A DNA stretch of 64,000 nt from NCBI GenBank assembly GCA_028282925.1, contig JANQGV010000012.1, positions 7,787 through 71,786 on the forward strand, in the 5' to 3' direction. Source of the stretch: Thermodesulfobacteriota bacterium (GTDB taxonomy: Bacteria; Desulfobacterota; WTBG01; CAIYCZ01; CAIRTM01). Of the stretch, positions 40,345-50,260 are shown piece after piece; the stretch's first letter is position 1, and each line of letters starts with the position of its first letter. A model generated the notes under the pieces. The model was not told the origin of the DNA. It was given only the letters and a program-made list of their open reading frames with translations, and ran no database searches. The position numbers were made by a program, and so were the translations under genes.

Positions 40345-41934
40345 TCAGTTGAAAACACATTTTTTTGTATTGCAGGGCAATACAATTTCCATATGCAGTC
40401 CGCCTAAAGAGCTGTTGCCCGCCCGGATGGTGCCGCCGTGGGCTTCTATGATTGATTTGCAGATAGCAAGCCCCAGCCCGCTGCCGCCATGCGTACGGCT
40501 GCGAGAGGTGTCTACCCGGTACAGCCTCTCAAAAAGCTTCTCAAGAGACGCAGCCGGCACACCGGGTTTTGAATCCTCAAAGTGAAGGATGAGCCGGGAT
40601 TGTGTTACAGTGCCCCCGATTTTTATGGTGCCCGGCTGCTCGGTATAGCGCAGTGTATTTTCAAGCAGATTCGTAAATACCTGCACAATCCGGCTACGAT
40701 CGCCGGTTATTGTTTGGGGCGCGTTCTCGCCAAGTTCATCAATCAATACAATATTTGCAGCGTCGAAGCGGGCTCTGAATGTATTCATGACATCGCGCAG
40801 TACTGGAATAGGGGCCAAAGGCGCCAGGCTGTAGTGCATGGCCCCGGATTCAGCCATCGACAGATCATGCAGGTCGCGGACAATTTTGCCCAGGTGCTTG
40901 ACTTCTGCATGCAAAGAAGCAAGGGAGTCGGGTGTAATCTGCCTGACCCCATCCTGAAGGGCCTCGATTTCGCCCTGCAGCACCGCCAGCGGTGTCCTCA
41001 ACTCGTGGGCAATGTCGGATATCCACTGGTGCTGCATCTGTTCATAACCGTCAAGGGTGTGTGCCATCCGATTAAAATGCCCGGCGAGCTGCCCCAGCTC
41101 ATCATTTGATTGCACCGCGATGCGCGTTTCAAATTTGCGCGATGCAATTGCCCGGGTGCCGGCGGTCAACTTCTTGATAGGGGCCAGCAGGTGGCGCGCA
41201 AATAAAAAAGACACTCCTGCCGCCAGCACCAGCATGAGGACCCCGGTAATGTAGAAGGTCCGGGACTGTTGCTGAAGAAAGGCTACATCAAGGGGCTGAG
41301 ACAGGCGGTCTTCTTTTCTCAACCCCAGCCAGCCAACGGTTTGACCGTCGACTACGATTTCTTTCAGTGTATGGCCAAGTGGAGACGGGGCAGGCCCCAC
41401 AACTCTTTTTTTATCGGTGTCAAACAGGGTCAGGCGGTGCTCGATAGCCAGGGGCCGGGGTTTTCCCGCCCGGGGCCTCTGGTGATCACGGGCCGGACGC
41501 GGCCGATCCCGGGAAAAGTCCTCGCGGAGCGGTGGCGGGCGGCGTCCCCGGCCGTTTCTAAACCGTTCATCTTCGGATGGCCGCGGCGGAGGAGGGGGTC
41601 GCCAGTTTCGGTCCTGCAACGGTTCTGCTGCAGACGGTGATGAAAGCGGCCGGGGTGGTCGGGGTTTTTCCGATCCGGGCCGGAGCGGCCGCAGGATATA
41701 CTGCCATTGATTCCGGCTGTTGCGCAGGGACTCCCACCCCGGATTTTCCTGATATTCTTCGCTTAAGATTTCGGCAAGCACGTTGAGCCGGTACTCTTCC
41801 ATGGTGTGGACATATCTGGTGAAATTAAGCCTGGCGCTGTACAGCATAATCACCACCATCAATACGACAATGGTGAGCGAGGTCAGCAGAAAGGCCAGGA
41901 AAAATTTCAGGGGAAGTCTTAATTGTAACGCCAT
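40345..41934 (-). CDS. Sensor histidine kinase (BaeS/CpxA-like) with a Pro/Arg-rich low-complexity periplasmic segment
   Basis: Two TM segments, HAMP, H-box SDIAHELRTPL, and N/G boxes (NLLENTLRYT, GGSGLGLAICKSI). Unusual PRPPRPLSS...RPPPPPRPSEDERFRNGRGRRPPPLRED...RPRAGKPRPL stretch. Confidence 0.85.
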   Translation of the reverse strand: MALQLRLPLKFFLAFLLTSLTIVVLMVVIMLYSARLNFTRYVHTMEEYRLNVLAEILSEEYQENPGWESLRNSRNQWQYILRPLRPGSEKPRPPRPLSSPSAAEPLQDRNWRPPPPPRPSEDERFRNGRGRRPPPLREDFSRDRPRPARDHQRPRAGKPRPLAIEHRLTLFDTDKKRVVGPAPSPLGHTLKEIVVDGQTVGWLGLRKEDRLSQPLDVAFLQQQSRTFYITGVLMLVLAAGVSFLFARHLLAPIKKLTAGTRAIASRKFETRIAVQSNDELGQLAGHFNRMAHTLDGYEQMQHQWISDIAHELRTPLAVLQGEIEALQDGVRQITPDSLASLHAEVKHLGKIVRDLHDLSMAESGAMHYSLAPLAPIPVLRDVMNTFRARFDAANIVLIDELGENAPQTITGDRSRIVQVFTNLLENTLRYTEQPGTIKIGGTVTQSRLILHFEDSKPGVPAASLEKLFERLYRVDTSRSRTHGGSGLGLAICKSIIEAHGGTIRAGNSSLGGLHMEIVLPCNTKKCVFN

Positions 41935-42111
41935 GGGTACATGATCCGTCAGGTGTTTTTGTTTGAGACTATAGCATATAAACGAGTTTCTGTATATTTC
42001 TCCACATTCTTAACAGATTGTCTCCACATTTTCTCCTCATTTGGATGGTACATACTCAAGTAACGCAGCCGGTGTAATGCAAATCGGTAAAATCGAACCT
42101 TTTTAAGGAGA

Positions 42112-42636
42112 ATGCTCATGGAAAAACAAAACAGGAAAAAGGTAATGGTACTGACAGTTGCGCTGTTTTTTACCCTGGGGCTCGGTGCGGCCACGGCACA
42201 GCCCGGTCCCAAAAATCCCTTCGGACAGGGCGGGAACGGTAATTCCGACACGAGGCCCGTCGCCGGGCACAACCGCCCGGATCCCTTCATCGGATGTGTG
42301 ATGCAGCTTGAATTGTCTTCCGACACGACCGGTGCGATAGAAACTCTGCTTGAGGAGAGCCGAACAGCCAGGGAGGAGCACCGCGATGTCATGCAAGAGG
42401 CACGGGATGCATACGTTGCCGCACTGACGTCGGAGGTAATGGATGAGGACGCGCTCATTGCAGCCCAGGAGACCCTGACGGAATTAAGACAGGAACATGG
42501 TGAAAACCGATTCGCTCTTGAACAGGCTATAGTCGAACTGCTCAGCTCAGATGAGAAAGCCGACCTTTCTGATTGTCTGTCCAACCGTACGCCGCAGGGC
42601 GAACCATCTGAGGACAGCCAGACGGAAGCTGAATAA
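42112..42636 (+). CDS. Periplasmic helical protein, Spy/CpxP-like (LTxxQ-type) candidate
   Basis: Signal peptide MVLTVALFFTLGLGAATA, an all-helical, acidic, charged body with LT..(x)Q-like segments (ALTSEVMDEDALIAAQETLTELRQEHG). Divergent from the HK-RR operon, as spy/cpxP are from their two-component regulators. Confidence 0.45.
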   Translation: MLMEKQNRKKVMVLTVALFFTLGLGAATAQPGPKNPFGQGGNGNSDTRPVAGHNRPDPFIGCVMQLELSSDTTGAIETLLEESRTAREEHRDVMQEARDAYVAALTSEVMDEDALIAAQETLTELRQEHGENRFALEQAIVELLSSDEKADLSDCLSNRTPQGEPSEDSQTEAE

Positions 42637-42660
42637 AATACCTGCCTGTGTCTTGTGTTA

Positions 42661-42700
42661 TAAAAGCCGATTGTTCTGCAGATGAGCAATCGGCTTTTTG
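42661..42700 (+). terminator. Rho-independent terminator after ORF 42112-42636
   Basis: AAAAGCCGATTG-ttctgcagatgag-CAATCGGCTTTTTG. Confidence 0.6.
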
Positions 42701-42958
42701 TAATGACACACCGAAATCACTATCTGTTTTGACAATAATGCAGATAATGACAAATGAGTGATGTGCAAGGGATAACAAGTGGTTATTTTGATGCTGCTAT
42801 GGGCCGGTCGATAATCCAAGGCAGTTCAAAAAGCATCACAGCTTTAACATGATTCCTCCATATTTTTACCATATTCTTCTGCTATCCTGAAGACAAATAC
42901 AGAAACGGAGCATCAAAGTGATGTCCGGAAATTAAAAAAACAGACAGGAGAATCGGCC

Positions 42959-43420
42959 ATGAAAAAAAGATTGAAGAGCATTTTAGTGATGGTTGTTGTT
43001 GCAGGGATGGTGCTGCCCGCAGCAGCTTTTGAAGGCGATTACGGCAAACGAGGGGGGCAGGATTACAGACCACGCCGGCAGCAACGGTCCGGACCGCCGC
43101 GAAACGCAGGTATGCTCATGGGTGCATTTTTACATGATGCCATGGTTGCCGAGGTGCTTGCAGAGCTAACGGGCAAGCCTGTTGCGACATTCAAGGAAGT
43201 TACCGGTCGTGGCTGTGTGCAGGACATAATGGCAAACTCAGGAATCAATCCGGAACAGTTTCGCAGCGCCATGGACAAAAAAACACTCAGCCTTGTTGAA
43301 AAGCTTCGGCAAAGTGGTATTGTAAGTGTAGAACAAGCAGCGGAAATTACTGCACAACTGAATAAGCCACGAAAAAACAGGAAACAGCACAGGGAATTCA
43401 GAAATCCGCCTGTACAGTGA
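42959..43420 (+). CDS. Small secreted hypothetical protein
   Basis: Signal peptide MKKRLKSILVMVVVAGMVLPAAA; basic/charged tail. No motif recognised. Confidence 0.5.
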   Translation: MKKRLKSILVMVVVAGMVLPAAAFEGDYGKRGGQDYRPRRQQRSGPPRNAGMLMGAFLHDAMVAEVLAELTGKPVATFKEVTGRGCVQDIMANSGINPEQFRSAMDKKTLSLVEKLRQSGIVSVEQAAEITAQLNKPRKNRKQHREFRNPPVQ

Positions 43421-43458
43421 AATACAGCGAATGACGAATAAGGAGAAAGGTAAATAAC

Positions 43459-45498
43459 ATGAAATCCTTATATGTATCAGTATCGAAATGTGAAAAAAAT
43501 GGTGACTTCTGCCTGTTCATGTTCATTGCCGTATTCATCGCTGTTTGCTGTAGTGCGGCAGCTCCGGCGTATGGGGCCTACACCCAAGAAACCTGTATCG
43601 ACAACACGGCCGATGAGCCGGCCTGCAAGGACTGCTGTGACTGCCTGGACATCGACGGCGATGCACGCGCCGTGTGCCGGGATGCGTGTGCCGGACATGA
43701 TTTCAGCGCAAATACCGATATTATTACAGTGGATGCTCCTTCAACGCTGGGTCCCGACGGCGATTACAGCGTTTGTATCTCTGGTGCTGAAAGTGAAGCC
43801 GTCTGTAAGGACTGTTGCGACGATTCCGTGGACCTCGAATGCGGTGACCGCCGCTATTGTCGCGATGCCTGTAAGGAAGCCTATGGTGATGATGTCGGCG
43901 GCAGCCATGATCCGCCTGAGGACCCTAACGGCGGCGGCAATGATGACGGCTTCACTATAGAAGACAGCCTGTCGGATGAGGGGCAGGAAAAAACCATTGC
44001 CTTTGACGGGCTGGCGTTCCTGACCGGAGATCTGTGCATGGACACGTTTTTTCCGCCGGGAAAGGTCTCCGATTTTTTCGGCTTCCAGTATCTGCGCGAC
44101 AACGATTCCGACGGCATGGGCCACAATACCGATTTTGCCTACAAAATCGGCCTCAGCATCCTGGACATCCTCACTGGCGAGCAGGTGGATGAGCTGGTGG
44201 AACTGGCAAAAAGCCAGGTTTCTTTGATCGATGAGTACGGATATGGTCGCTTTGTTTTGATCAAAGCTTTCCGGCGCCTGCTGGAAGGCGAATTGCCTGC
44301 CGGGGCAACGGGGCTGGACAAAGAAGCGGTGATGGAGTATTCAGCCGAGCTGTACGGCATTGATGCCGACATCAGCTTTCAGCGGGCTAAAATTATCGGC
44401 GGTATTATCGCCGAGCTTGATTCCGGCCAGAAAGACGCCATAAACAGCTTGGCAGCGACCGGCTTTTTGTCGTGGCCGGACCCTCCCGAAGTGGTGGACC
44501 CCAAAATCCTCACACCGGGCGAACACGTGACCCTCATTACCTTCGCCGATCAGCTTCATAGCTGGTATGTGGGCTCGGTGGCGGCGGACACCTATTTCTG
44601 TCCGGAGCGGCACGGCACGTACTTCGGCTCTTTTTACCTGAAGGACATCCCGGCCATGATGGCCGAAGAAGCCGTGTCCATCAATGAAAACATGACAGCC
44701 GAGATGGGGGAAGATTTTTTAAATCTGCTGACCACGGAGCAGGCCGCGCTGGTAACGGACCTTGTTGATATCCAGAAAACGACCCTGAACGGAATCGTGG
44801 CTACGCGGCAGGAGATTTCGGAACTGCTGCGGAAATTCATGGACGGCACATCTGTTGATGAGGATGAGGTGTCGGTGCTGGTGGAAGAGTACGGGGCGCT
44901 GGATGGTGAAATAGTATACAACTATGCCGTACATTTTTCCAAAGTCGGGAACTCACTTTCAAGTGACCAGGAGACGGCCCTGACGGCACTCAGAACCTCG
45001 TATAACGACTATGAGTGCACCGGCGCATATCTGTATTCGGAAAATGTGACAATGCCTGATATCCCGGATACCGATTTCCTGTTCGGCACCGCAGGCTCTA
45101 CGGACGATACCGGTGACAACAATACGGACTGTCCCGCTGAAGCAGCGCTTGGCAAGGGTAGCGTCGGGCTCAATGTGTTGCGGGCTTTCAGGGACCGTGA
45201 GCTCAACCAAACGGTTGCCGGGAAAATATACGTACGGTTGTACTATCATTTTGCCGATGAGGTCAGCAGTATTATTTCCGCAGATGCCGACCTGCGACTG
45301 GAATGTGAAAACGTGCTCAGGGCGGTAGTGCCGTTAACCCAGGCAGCCCTGACAGGCAATACCATCCAAATCGACCCGGATCTTTCCAAACGAATTGTCA
45401 GCCTGCTTGAAAGGATGAGTGACGGTGCCAGCTTCGGCTTGAAATCAGCACTATTCAAAGCAAAGCATGATATTCGCAAAGGAAAGCTTCCCTTCTGA
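43459..45498 (+). CDS. Secreted protein with a duplicated Cys-rich N-terminal module (CKDCCD...C..C....CRDAC) and a large C-terminal domain of unknown function
   Basis: Hydrophobic leader MFIAVFIAVCCSAAAPAYG. Two tandem ~60-aa repeats: EPACKDCCDCLDIDGDARAVCRDACAGHDF and EAVCKDCCDDSVDLECGDRRYCRDACKEAYG. Confidence 0.6.
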   Translation: MKSLYVSVSKCEKNGDFCLFMFIAVFIAVCCSAAAPAYGAYTQETCIDNTADEPACKDCCDCLDIDGDARAVCRDACAGHDFSANTDIITVDAPSTLGPDGDYSVCISGAESEAVCKDCCDDSVDLECGDRRYCRDACKEAYGDDVGGSHDPPEDPNGGGNDDGFTIEDSLSDEGQEKTIAFDGLAFLTGDLCMDTFFPPGKVSDFFGFQYLRDNDSDGMGHNTDFAYKIGLSILDILTGEQVDELVELAKSQVSLIDEYGYGRFVLIKAFRRLLEGELPAGATGLDKEAVMEYSAELYGIDADISFQRAKIIGGIIAELDSGQKDAINSLAATGFLSWPDPPEVVDPKILTPGEHVTLITFADQLHSWYVGSVAADTYFCPERHGTYFGSFYLKDIPAMMAEEAVSINENMTAEMGEDFLNLLTTEQAALVTDLVDIQKTTLNGIVATRQEISELLRKFMDGTSVDEDEVSVLVEEYGALDGEIVYNYAVHFSKVGNSLSSDQETALTALRTSYNDYECTGAYLYSENVTMPDIPDTDFLFGTAGSTDDTGDNNTDCPAEAALGKGSVGLNVLRAFRDRELNQTVAGKIYVRLYYHFADEVSSIISADADLRLECENVLRAVVPLTQAALTGNTIQIDPDLSKRIVSLLERMSDGASFGLKSALFKAKHDIRKGKLPF

Positions 45499-45680
45499 AA
45501 ATATAGTGTCTTTTAAAATGCCTTACGCTGAGGAATGAGACTAAGAGGGAAGGATTACTGGTAGGATGTATACAGTGAACGAAAAGGGACAGGTCAGGTA
45601 TTGACTGTTATGGTACGCCTGATAACGTGACATATATAGTGTGGATGATCTGAATTGTGTATTGTGGTGTATCTTAGCAA

Positions 45681-48026
45681 CTAGTCGCACAACGGTCTAA
45701 GAACCGGTTTGTCCTTTTGCAGGTCGATTTTCTCATCCCTGTGCCAGATTGTCAGGCCGTCGCCATCCTTCAGAAGGTAGGTAATACCATCGTGAGAAAA
45801 GTCAATTGCAAGCACCATGCCGCGGATGGTCAGGTTAAACTTGACACGCCTGGTGAGCTCATGCATCTTTGGGTGAAATGAAAAGGTTCCATCGTGATCG
45901 CGCATACCGCAATACCCGTATACCAGGGTCATCCATGTGCCTCCCATACAGGCAATGTGGGCACCATCTTTGACATTTCCGCCTATATCAGAAAGGTCCA
46001 TAAGAAGAGCATAGCGGGAATAGGTGATAGCCTTGTCCATATAGCCGATTTCGGCGGCCAGTATAGACTGAATGCAGGCCGAAAGCGATGAATCACCGGT
46101 AGTCAGCGGGTCGTAATAATCAAAATTACGCCGCTTCTGTTCCTGAGAGAATTCTTTCCCGAACAAGAACATAGCCAGCACAATGTCTGCCTGCTTGATA
46201 ACCTGGTGGCGGTAAATCACCAGCGGGTGATAATACAGCAGCAATGGGAACTTTTCCGGTGGAGTATTTTTAAGGTTCCATTTTTTTTTCTCGAGAAAAC
46301 TGTCATCCTGGGGATGAATGCCCAGCTCTTCATTGTAGGGTATATGCATCTTTTCAGCAGCCCGTTTCCATTCTTCGACTTCCCGCAGATCAAGCCTGGT
46401 TTTATGTACCAGGGCGGCATACTTTTCTGAACAGTGCTCGCGCATGTGTTCCACTGTACGGAAGGCATAGGTGAGGTTAAAGCAGGCCATCATGTTTGTG
46501 TACGTATTATTATTAACAATGGCATTATATTCGTCGGGCCCGGTTACACCGTGAATGTGAAACTGATTATCATCTCCATCGGAAAAGTGGCCCAGGTCAT
46601 GCCAGAGGCGTGCTGTTTCAACGAGCATCTCAGCGCCGATATCGTACAGGAAATCATTGTCGCCGGTCACATCAACATACTTTTTAAGAGCATACATAAT
46701 ATCTGCATTAATATGATATTGGGCGGTACCGGCGGCAAAATACGCCGATGCCTCTTCCCCGTTGATGGTCCTCCAGGGAAACAGGGCACCCTTCTGATTC
46801 ACTTCCCGCGCGCGCCGGCGTGCTTTGTCAAGCATGCTGAACCGAAACTTTAACAAGTTTTTTGCAATGCGCGGTTCGTTATAAATGAGAAACGGCAGCA
46901 GGTAGATTTCCGTGTCCCAGAAATAATGCCCCTCATACGCCTGGCCGGTAAGCCCCTTGGCGCCGACCCCTGTCCCTTCCGCCCTGCCGGCGGCCTGGAT
47001 TATCGTAAAAATATTGTAATGCAGGCATTGATTTACACGCGAATCGTTGGCAACAACATCAACTCCATGGCGGTCCCAGAACCCGGCCATATACCTCTTT
47101 TGACTGTCGAGCAGGCTGTCGAGCCCCATATCAAGCGCCCGGTCAAGGGTGCGGTCGGCACGCCCGCACAGTTCCTCCGGCGGAGCGCTTCGTGAATTGT
47201 GATAGGTAATATACTTGATAATTTTTATGGGAACACCCTGGTGAGCGTATGCGGTAAATACGCTTTTGCCTCCGCCCTCCGACAGCTCACTTTCATGGGA
47301 ACAGGGACATTCGGTTTCAATAATGTGGTCAACGCCGACCGCAAGGGTCATGCCGCTTCTTTTGGTTGCGTACCCCAGAACCATTCGCAGGTCATCAACA
47401 GCCGTTTCTTTGGTGAGCAGAACTTTATCGTCAAACCGTCGAGCCTTGCGCGGGTCACCGTCATTTGATGTATCGTTTGCGGATTCAACAATTTTAGATG
47501 AAATAACAACCGGCGCTTCCGCGTTTAATATCGTTACTTCATAATAAATTGCTGCAAGGTGACGGTGCTCAAAAGATACCAGGCGGCGAGACTTTATGGC
47601 CACCTGCTTGCCTGATGCCGTTTCCCAGATTATAGAACGGTCAAGCGTACCGGCACGCATATCGAGAACCCGTTCATACTTCGGCATTGTGGCGGTTGGA
47701 ATGTAAAACGGTTCATCATCAACATACAGGTTGATGATCTTCGTTTCGGGAACGTTCAGCATCGTCTGGCCGGTCTTGGCAAAACCGTACGCCTCCTCAC
47801 CATATACTATCGGCCATGATTCATGAAATCCGTTTATGAATGTACCGCTTTGAAAAGCAGGCCTGCCTTCATCAAAATTACCGCGCATTCCCAAGTAGCC
47901 GTTTGCAACCGTGAACATGGTTTCATTCTGGGCCAGGAACTCGGGGTGAAAGGATTTTTCTGTGAGTTTCCAGTCATCTATCGGGTATATGTGTTCCGGT
48001 GGAAGTTCTGCTTTGCGTTTAATCAT
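45681..48026 (-). CDS. Glycoside hydrolase family 65 disaccharide phosphorylase (trehalose/kojibiose/maltose phosphorylase type)
   Basis: 781 aa. N-terminal MFTVANGYLGMRGNFDEG and a catalytic-domain region rich in conserved aromatics, typical of GH65. Beta-phosphoglucomutase lies immediately downstream. Confidence 0.85.
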   Translation of the reverse strand: MIKRKAELPPEHIYPIDDWKLTEKSFHPEFLAQNETMFTVANGYLGMRGNFDEGRPAFQSGTFINGFHESWPIVYGEEAYGFAKTGQTMLNVPETKIINLYVDDEPFYIPTATMPKYERVLDMRAGTLDRSIIWETASGKQVAIKSRRLVSFEHRHLAAIYYEVTILNAEAPVVISSKIVESANDTSNDGDPRKARRFDDKVLLTKETAVDDLRMVLGYATKRSGMTLAVGVDHIIETECPCSHESELSEGGGKSVFTAYAHQGVPIKIIKYITYHNSRSAPPEELCGRADRTLDRALDMGLDSLLDSQKRYMAGFWDRHGVDVVANDSRVNQCLHYNIFTIIQAAGRAEGTGVGAKGLTGQAYEGHYFWDTEIYLLPFLIYNEPRIAKNLLKFRFSMLDKARRRAREVNQKGALFPWRTINGEEASAYFAAGTAQYHINADIMYALKKYVDVTGDNDFLYDIGAEMLVETARLWHDLGHFSDGDDNQFHIHGVTGPDEYNAIVNNNTYTNMMACFNLTYAFRTVEHMREHCSEKYAALVHKTRLDLREVEEWKRAAEKMHIPYNEELGIHPQDDSFLEKKKWNLKNTPPEKFPLLLYYHPLVIYRHQVIKQADIVLAMFLFGKEFSQEQKRRNFDYYDPLTTGDSSLSACIQSILAAEIGYMDKAITYSRYALLMDLSDIGGNVKDGAHIACMGGTWMTLVYGYCGMRDHDGTFSFHPKMHELTRRVKFNLTIRGMVLAIDFSHDGITYLLKDGDGLTIWHRDEKIDLQKDKPVLRPLCD

Positions 48027-48053
48027 ACGGGTAGTCCTTATATGAGGGTGCCG

Positions 48054-48830
48054 TTATTTGTTTTCTGCCGACAGCAATTCTTCCAGATCGTCAACGGTGA
48101 TGTCGGCCCCGTTTTGGAGCAGCGCGTCACGGTCGCCGGAGCGGTTTACCCCGACAACGAGCCCGAAATTACCGTTTCTGCCTGCCTGAACACCTGAAAT
48201 TGCATCCTCCACCACAACCGCCTGATCCGGAGAAGCACCAAGTATTTCCGCGGCCTTCAGATAGGTATCGGGTGCCGGTTTTCCGGAAAGATTCAAGTGT
48301 CGTGCGACATTTTCGTCCATGATTGTATCAAACAGCTCTTTAATCCCTGCCGCTTCAAGTACGGCCACACAGCTTTTGCTTGACGAAACAACAGCCATTT
48401 TCACTCCGCGTTCTTTGAGATGCCGGACAAGCCTCATCGAGCCGGGATAGGCTTCAACACCGTCGCGTTGAATCACAACATCCACCAGTTCCTTCTTGCG
48501 GTTGCCCAGGCCGCACACTGTTTCCCAATCCGACGGTCCGTCAGGAGAACCCTCAGGAAGCTGAATGCCCCGCGATTTCAGAAAGCTGCGCACACCATCA
48601 TAACGCGGTTTGCCGTCAACATATTCTTTGTAATCATCTTTAATATCAAACTCCGTAACAGGCACACCGGTTTTTTTTGACCGGCGGTGCAAATACTCAT
48701 CAAACATTTCTTTCCAGCAGGCAGCATGGATTTTTGCCGTCGGTGTCAGGACACCGTCAAGATCAAACAATATTGCATGATATTCCTGCAGGTTTGCCGG
48801 CGGCGGGGGTGTGGTATGAGATGAGCCCAT
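48054..48830 (-). CDS. pgmB: Beta-phosphoglucomutase (HAD superfamily)
   Basis: HAD motif I ILFDLDGVLT, motif II SSS, and motif III/IV (K...VEDAISGVQAG). Paired with the GH65 gene. Confidence 0.8.
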   Translation of the reverse strand: MGSSHTTPPPPANLQEYHAILFDLDGVLTPTAKIHAACWKEMFDEYLHRRSKKTGVPVTEFDIKDDYKEYVDGKPRYDGVRSFLKSRGIQLPEGSPDGPSDWETVCGLGNRKKELVDVVIQRDGVEAYPGSMRLVRHLKERGVKMAVVSSSKSCVAVLEAAGIKELFDTIMDENVARHLNLSGKPAPDTYLKAAEILGASPDQAVVVEDAISGVQAGRNGNFGLVVGVNRSGDRDALLQNGADITVDDLEELLSAENK

Positions 48831-49217
48831 AGTAATCCTCCCTTTGGTGTATGATTATAAGCTATAAAAAAACATAGCAGAGATTGTTTTTATTGACAAA
48901 TTTTTATTATGATTCACGGGAGTATAACCCGTCTCCCCGTCTCTCTTCAGCGTAGTTTTTTCGGAGTTGCAGGTTAAGATCATAGGTTCATCTCCCTCTG
49001 TTTTCCGGCCATTTTAATTGTAAAAGCAAACGCAAGAAAGGGCAGCTGGAATTACCATCTTTTTTTTAATGGTCCATGGCTCACCAGTGCGGACTACCTT
49101 CGGCTACTTTGAGAAAAACCGCAATAAATGACAATTAACTTGTCATATTGACAACCTAATTGTCGTATGTTATATATATAAAAAGACAAAGTAATCTATA
49201 CGTAAAAGGAGATTCAG

Positions 49218-49712
49218 ATGAATACAAAAACAGTAGCGAACGAACGCTTCGCCGATTCACCTGGAGTTACTATCAAGCCGCCGCACATATTTTTCATATG
49301 CCTTGTTGCAGGGGGTGTAATGGAAATCGTGTTCCCCTGCCAATTTCCATTCTTACCAATTTCTTTGCGAATTATCCTGGGTGTATTTCTTAGCTGTAGC
49401 GGATTTGCATTTATGACGTGGGCCCATGAAAAATTCAAGAAGATCGAAACCAACGTATCAACCAACCTTCCGGCAACAACTGTAGTCATGCAGGGTGCCT
49501 ATCGCGTATGCCGCAATCCCATGTACGTTGGGGGTTCCATATTTTTTATCGGTTTAGGTGTTGCTTTCGGCAGTATCTGGCTGCTTGGTGCCTATATACC
49601 ACTTGGTTTGTACGTGGCATTATATGTCGTTCCCCGGGAAGAAGCATACATGACCAGGGCGTTCGGCGTTGACTATACAACCTATTGTAATCAGGTAAGA
49701 CGCTGGATTTAA
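49218..49712 (+). CDS. Membrane methyltransferase of the ICMT/PEMT (isoprenylcysteine carboxyl methyltransferase-like) family
   Basis: 4-5 TM segments and the C-terminal motif region GAYRVCRNPMYVGG...EE. Confidence 0.7.
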   Translation: MNTKTVANERFADSPGVTIKPPHIFFICLVAGGVMEIVFPCQFPFLPISLRIILGVFLSCSGFAFMTWAHEKFKKIETNVSTNLPATTVVMQGAYRVCRNPMYVGGSIFFIGLGVAFGSIWLLGAYIPLGLYVALYVVPREEAYMTRAFGVDYTTYCNQVRRWI

Positions 49713-49714
49713 CG

Positions 49715-50188
49715 ATGGCAAAAAAAAACACACTTACGGCTGGAGAGGCGCTACATACCCTGTTTCAGGAGGTTTTCAAATTGCAGGCCTCCTTGTCCGA
49801 CATAATAGACAGGGTCCATGAACATGTCGGGCTAACCACATCGAATTTGAGAATAATGGGAGTGCTGATAGAAAAAGGAGCAGCTTCAGTTCCGGACATT
49901 GCTGCACATTTGGGAGTTTCGCGTCAATTTGTTCAAACCGTTTGCAATGATCTATCGTCCCAGGGATTATTGGAATTCTTTGAAAATCCACGTCATAAAC
50001 GATCAAAGTTGGCAGATTTGACGACGGAAGGACGAGATGCATTTTTTACTGCAAGAAAAAAGGAAAATCAGCTCATTGAAAGGGCCTTACCTCACATTGC
50101 GTCTGATCAGGCGCATGCAGCATCTCAGTTGCTTCACCACATCAATGAAGAACTGAAAAAACGATCCGGGCCAGTGGCACTGCAGTGA
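49715..50188 (+). CDS. MarR-family transcriptional regulator
   Basis: 157 aa, winged HTH (LRIMGVLIEKGAASVPDIAAHLGVSRQFVQTVCNDLSSQGLLE). Confidence 0.75.
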   Translation: MAKKNTLTAGEALHTLFQEVFKLQASLSDIIDRVHEHVGLTTSNLRIMGVLIEKGAASVPDIAAHLGVSRQFVQTVCNDLSSQGLLEFFENPRHKRSKLADLTTEGRDAFFTARKKENQLIERALPHIASDQAHAASQLLHHINEELKKRSGPVALQ

Positions 50189-50260
50189 ATTGTATGGGAA
50201 GAAATATTTTGACAACGCTGACTTAAACACTGATACAGAGTATGGTGTCCGGTCCAGGGG

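Noticed and set aside
40582-41786. Plus-strand ORFs (175 aa, 123 aa, 69 aa) within the histidine kinase gene
   Set aside because: Antisense to the kinase, whose H/N/G boxes are clear.
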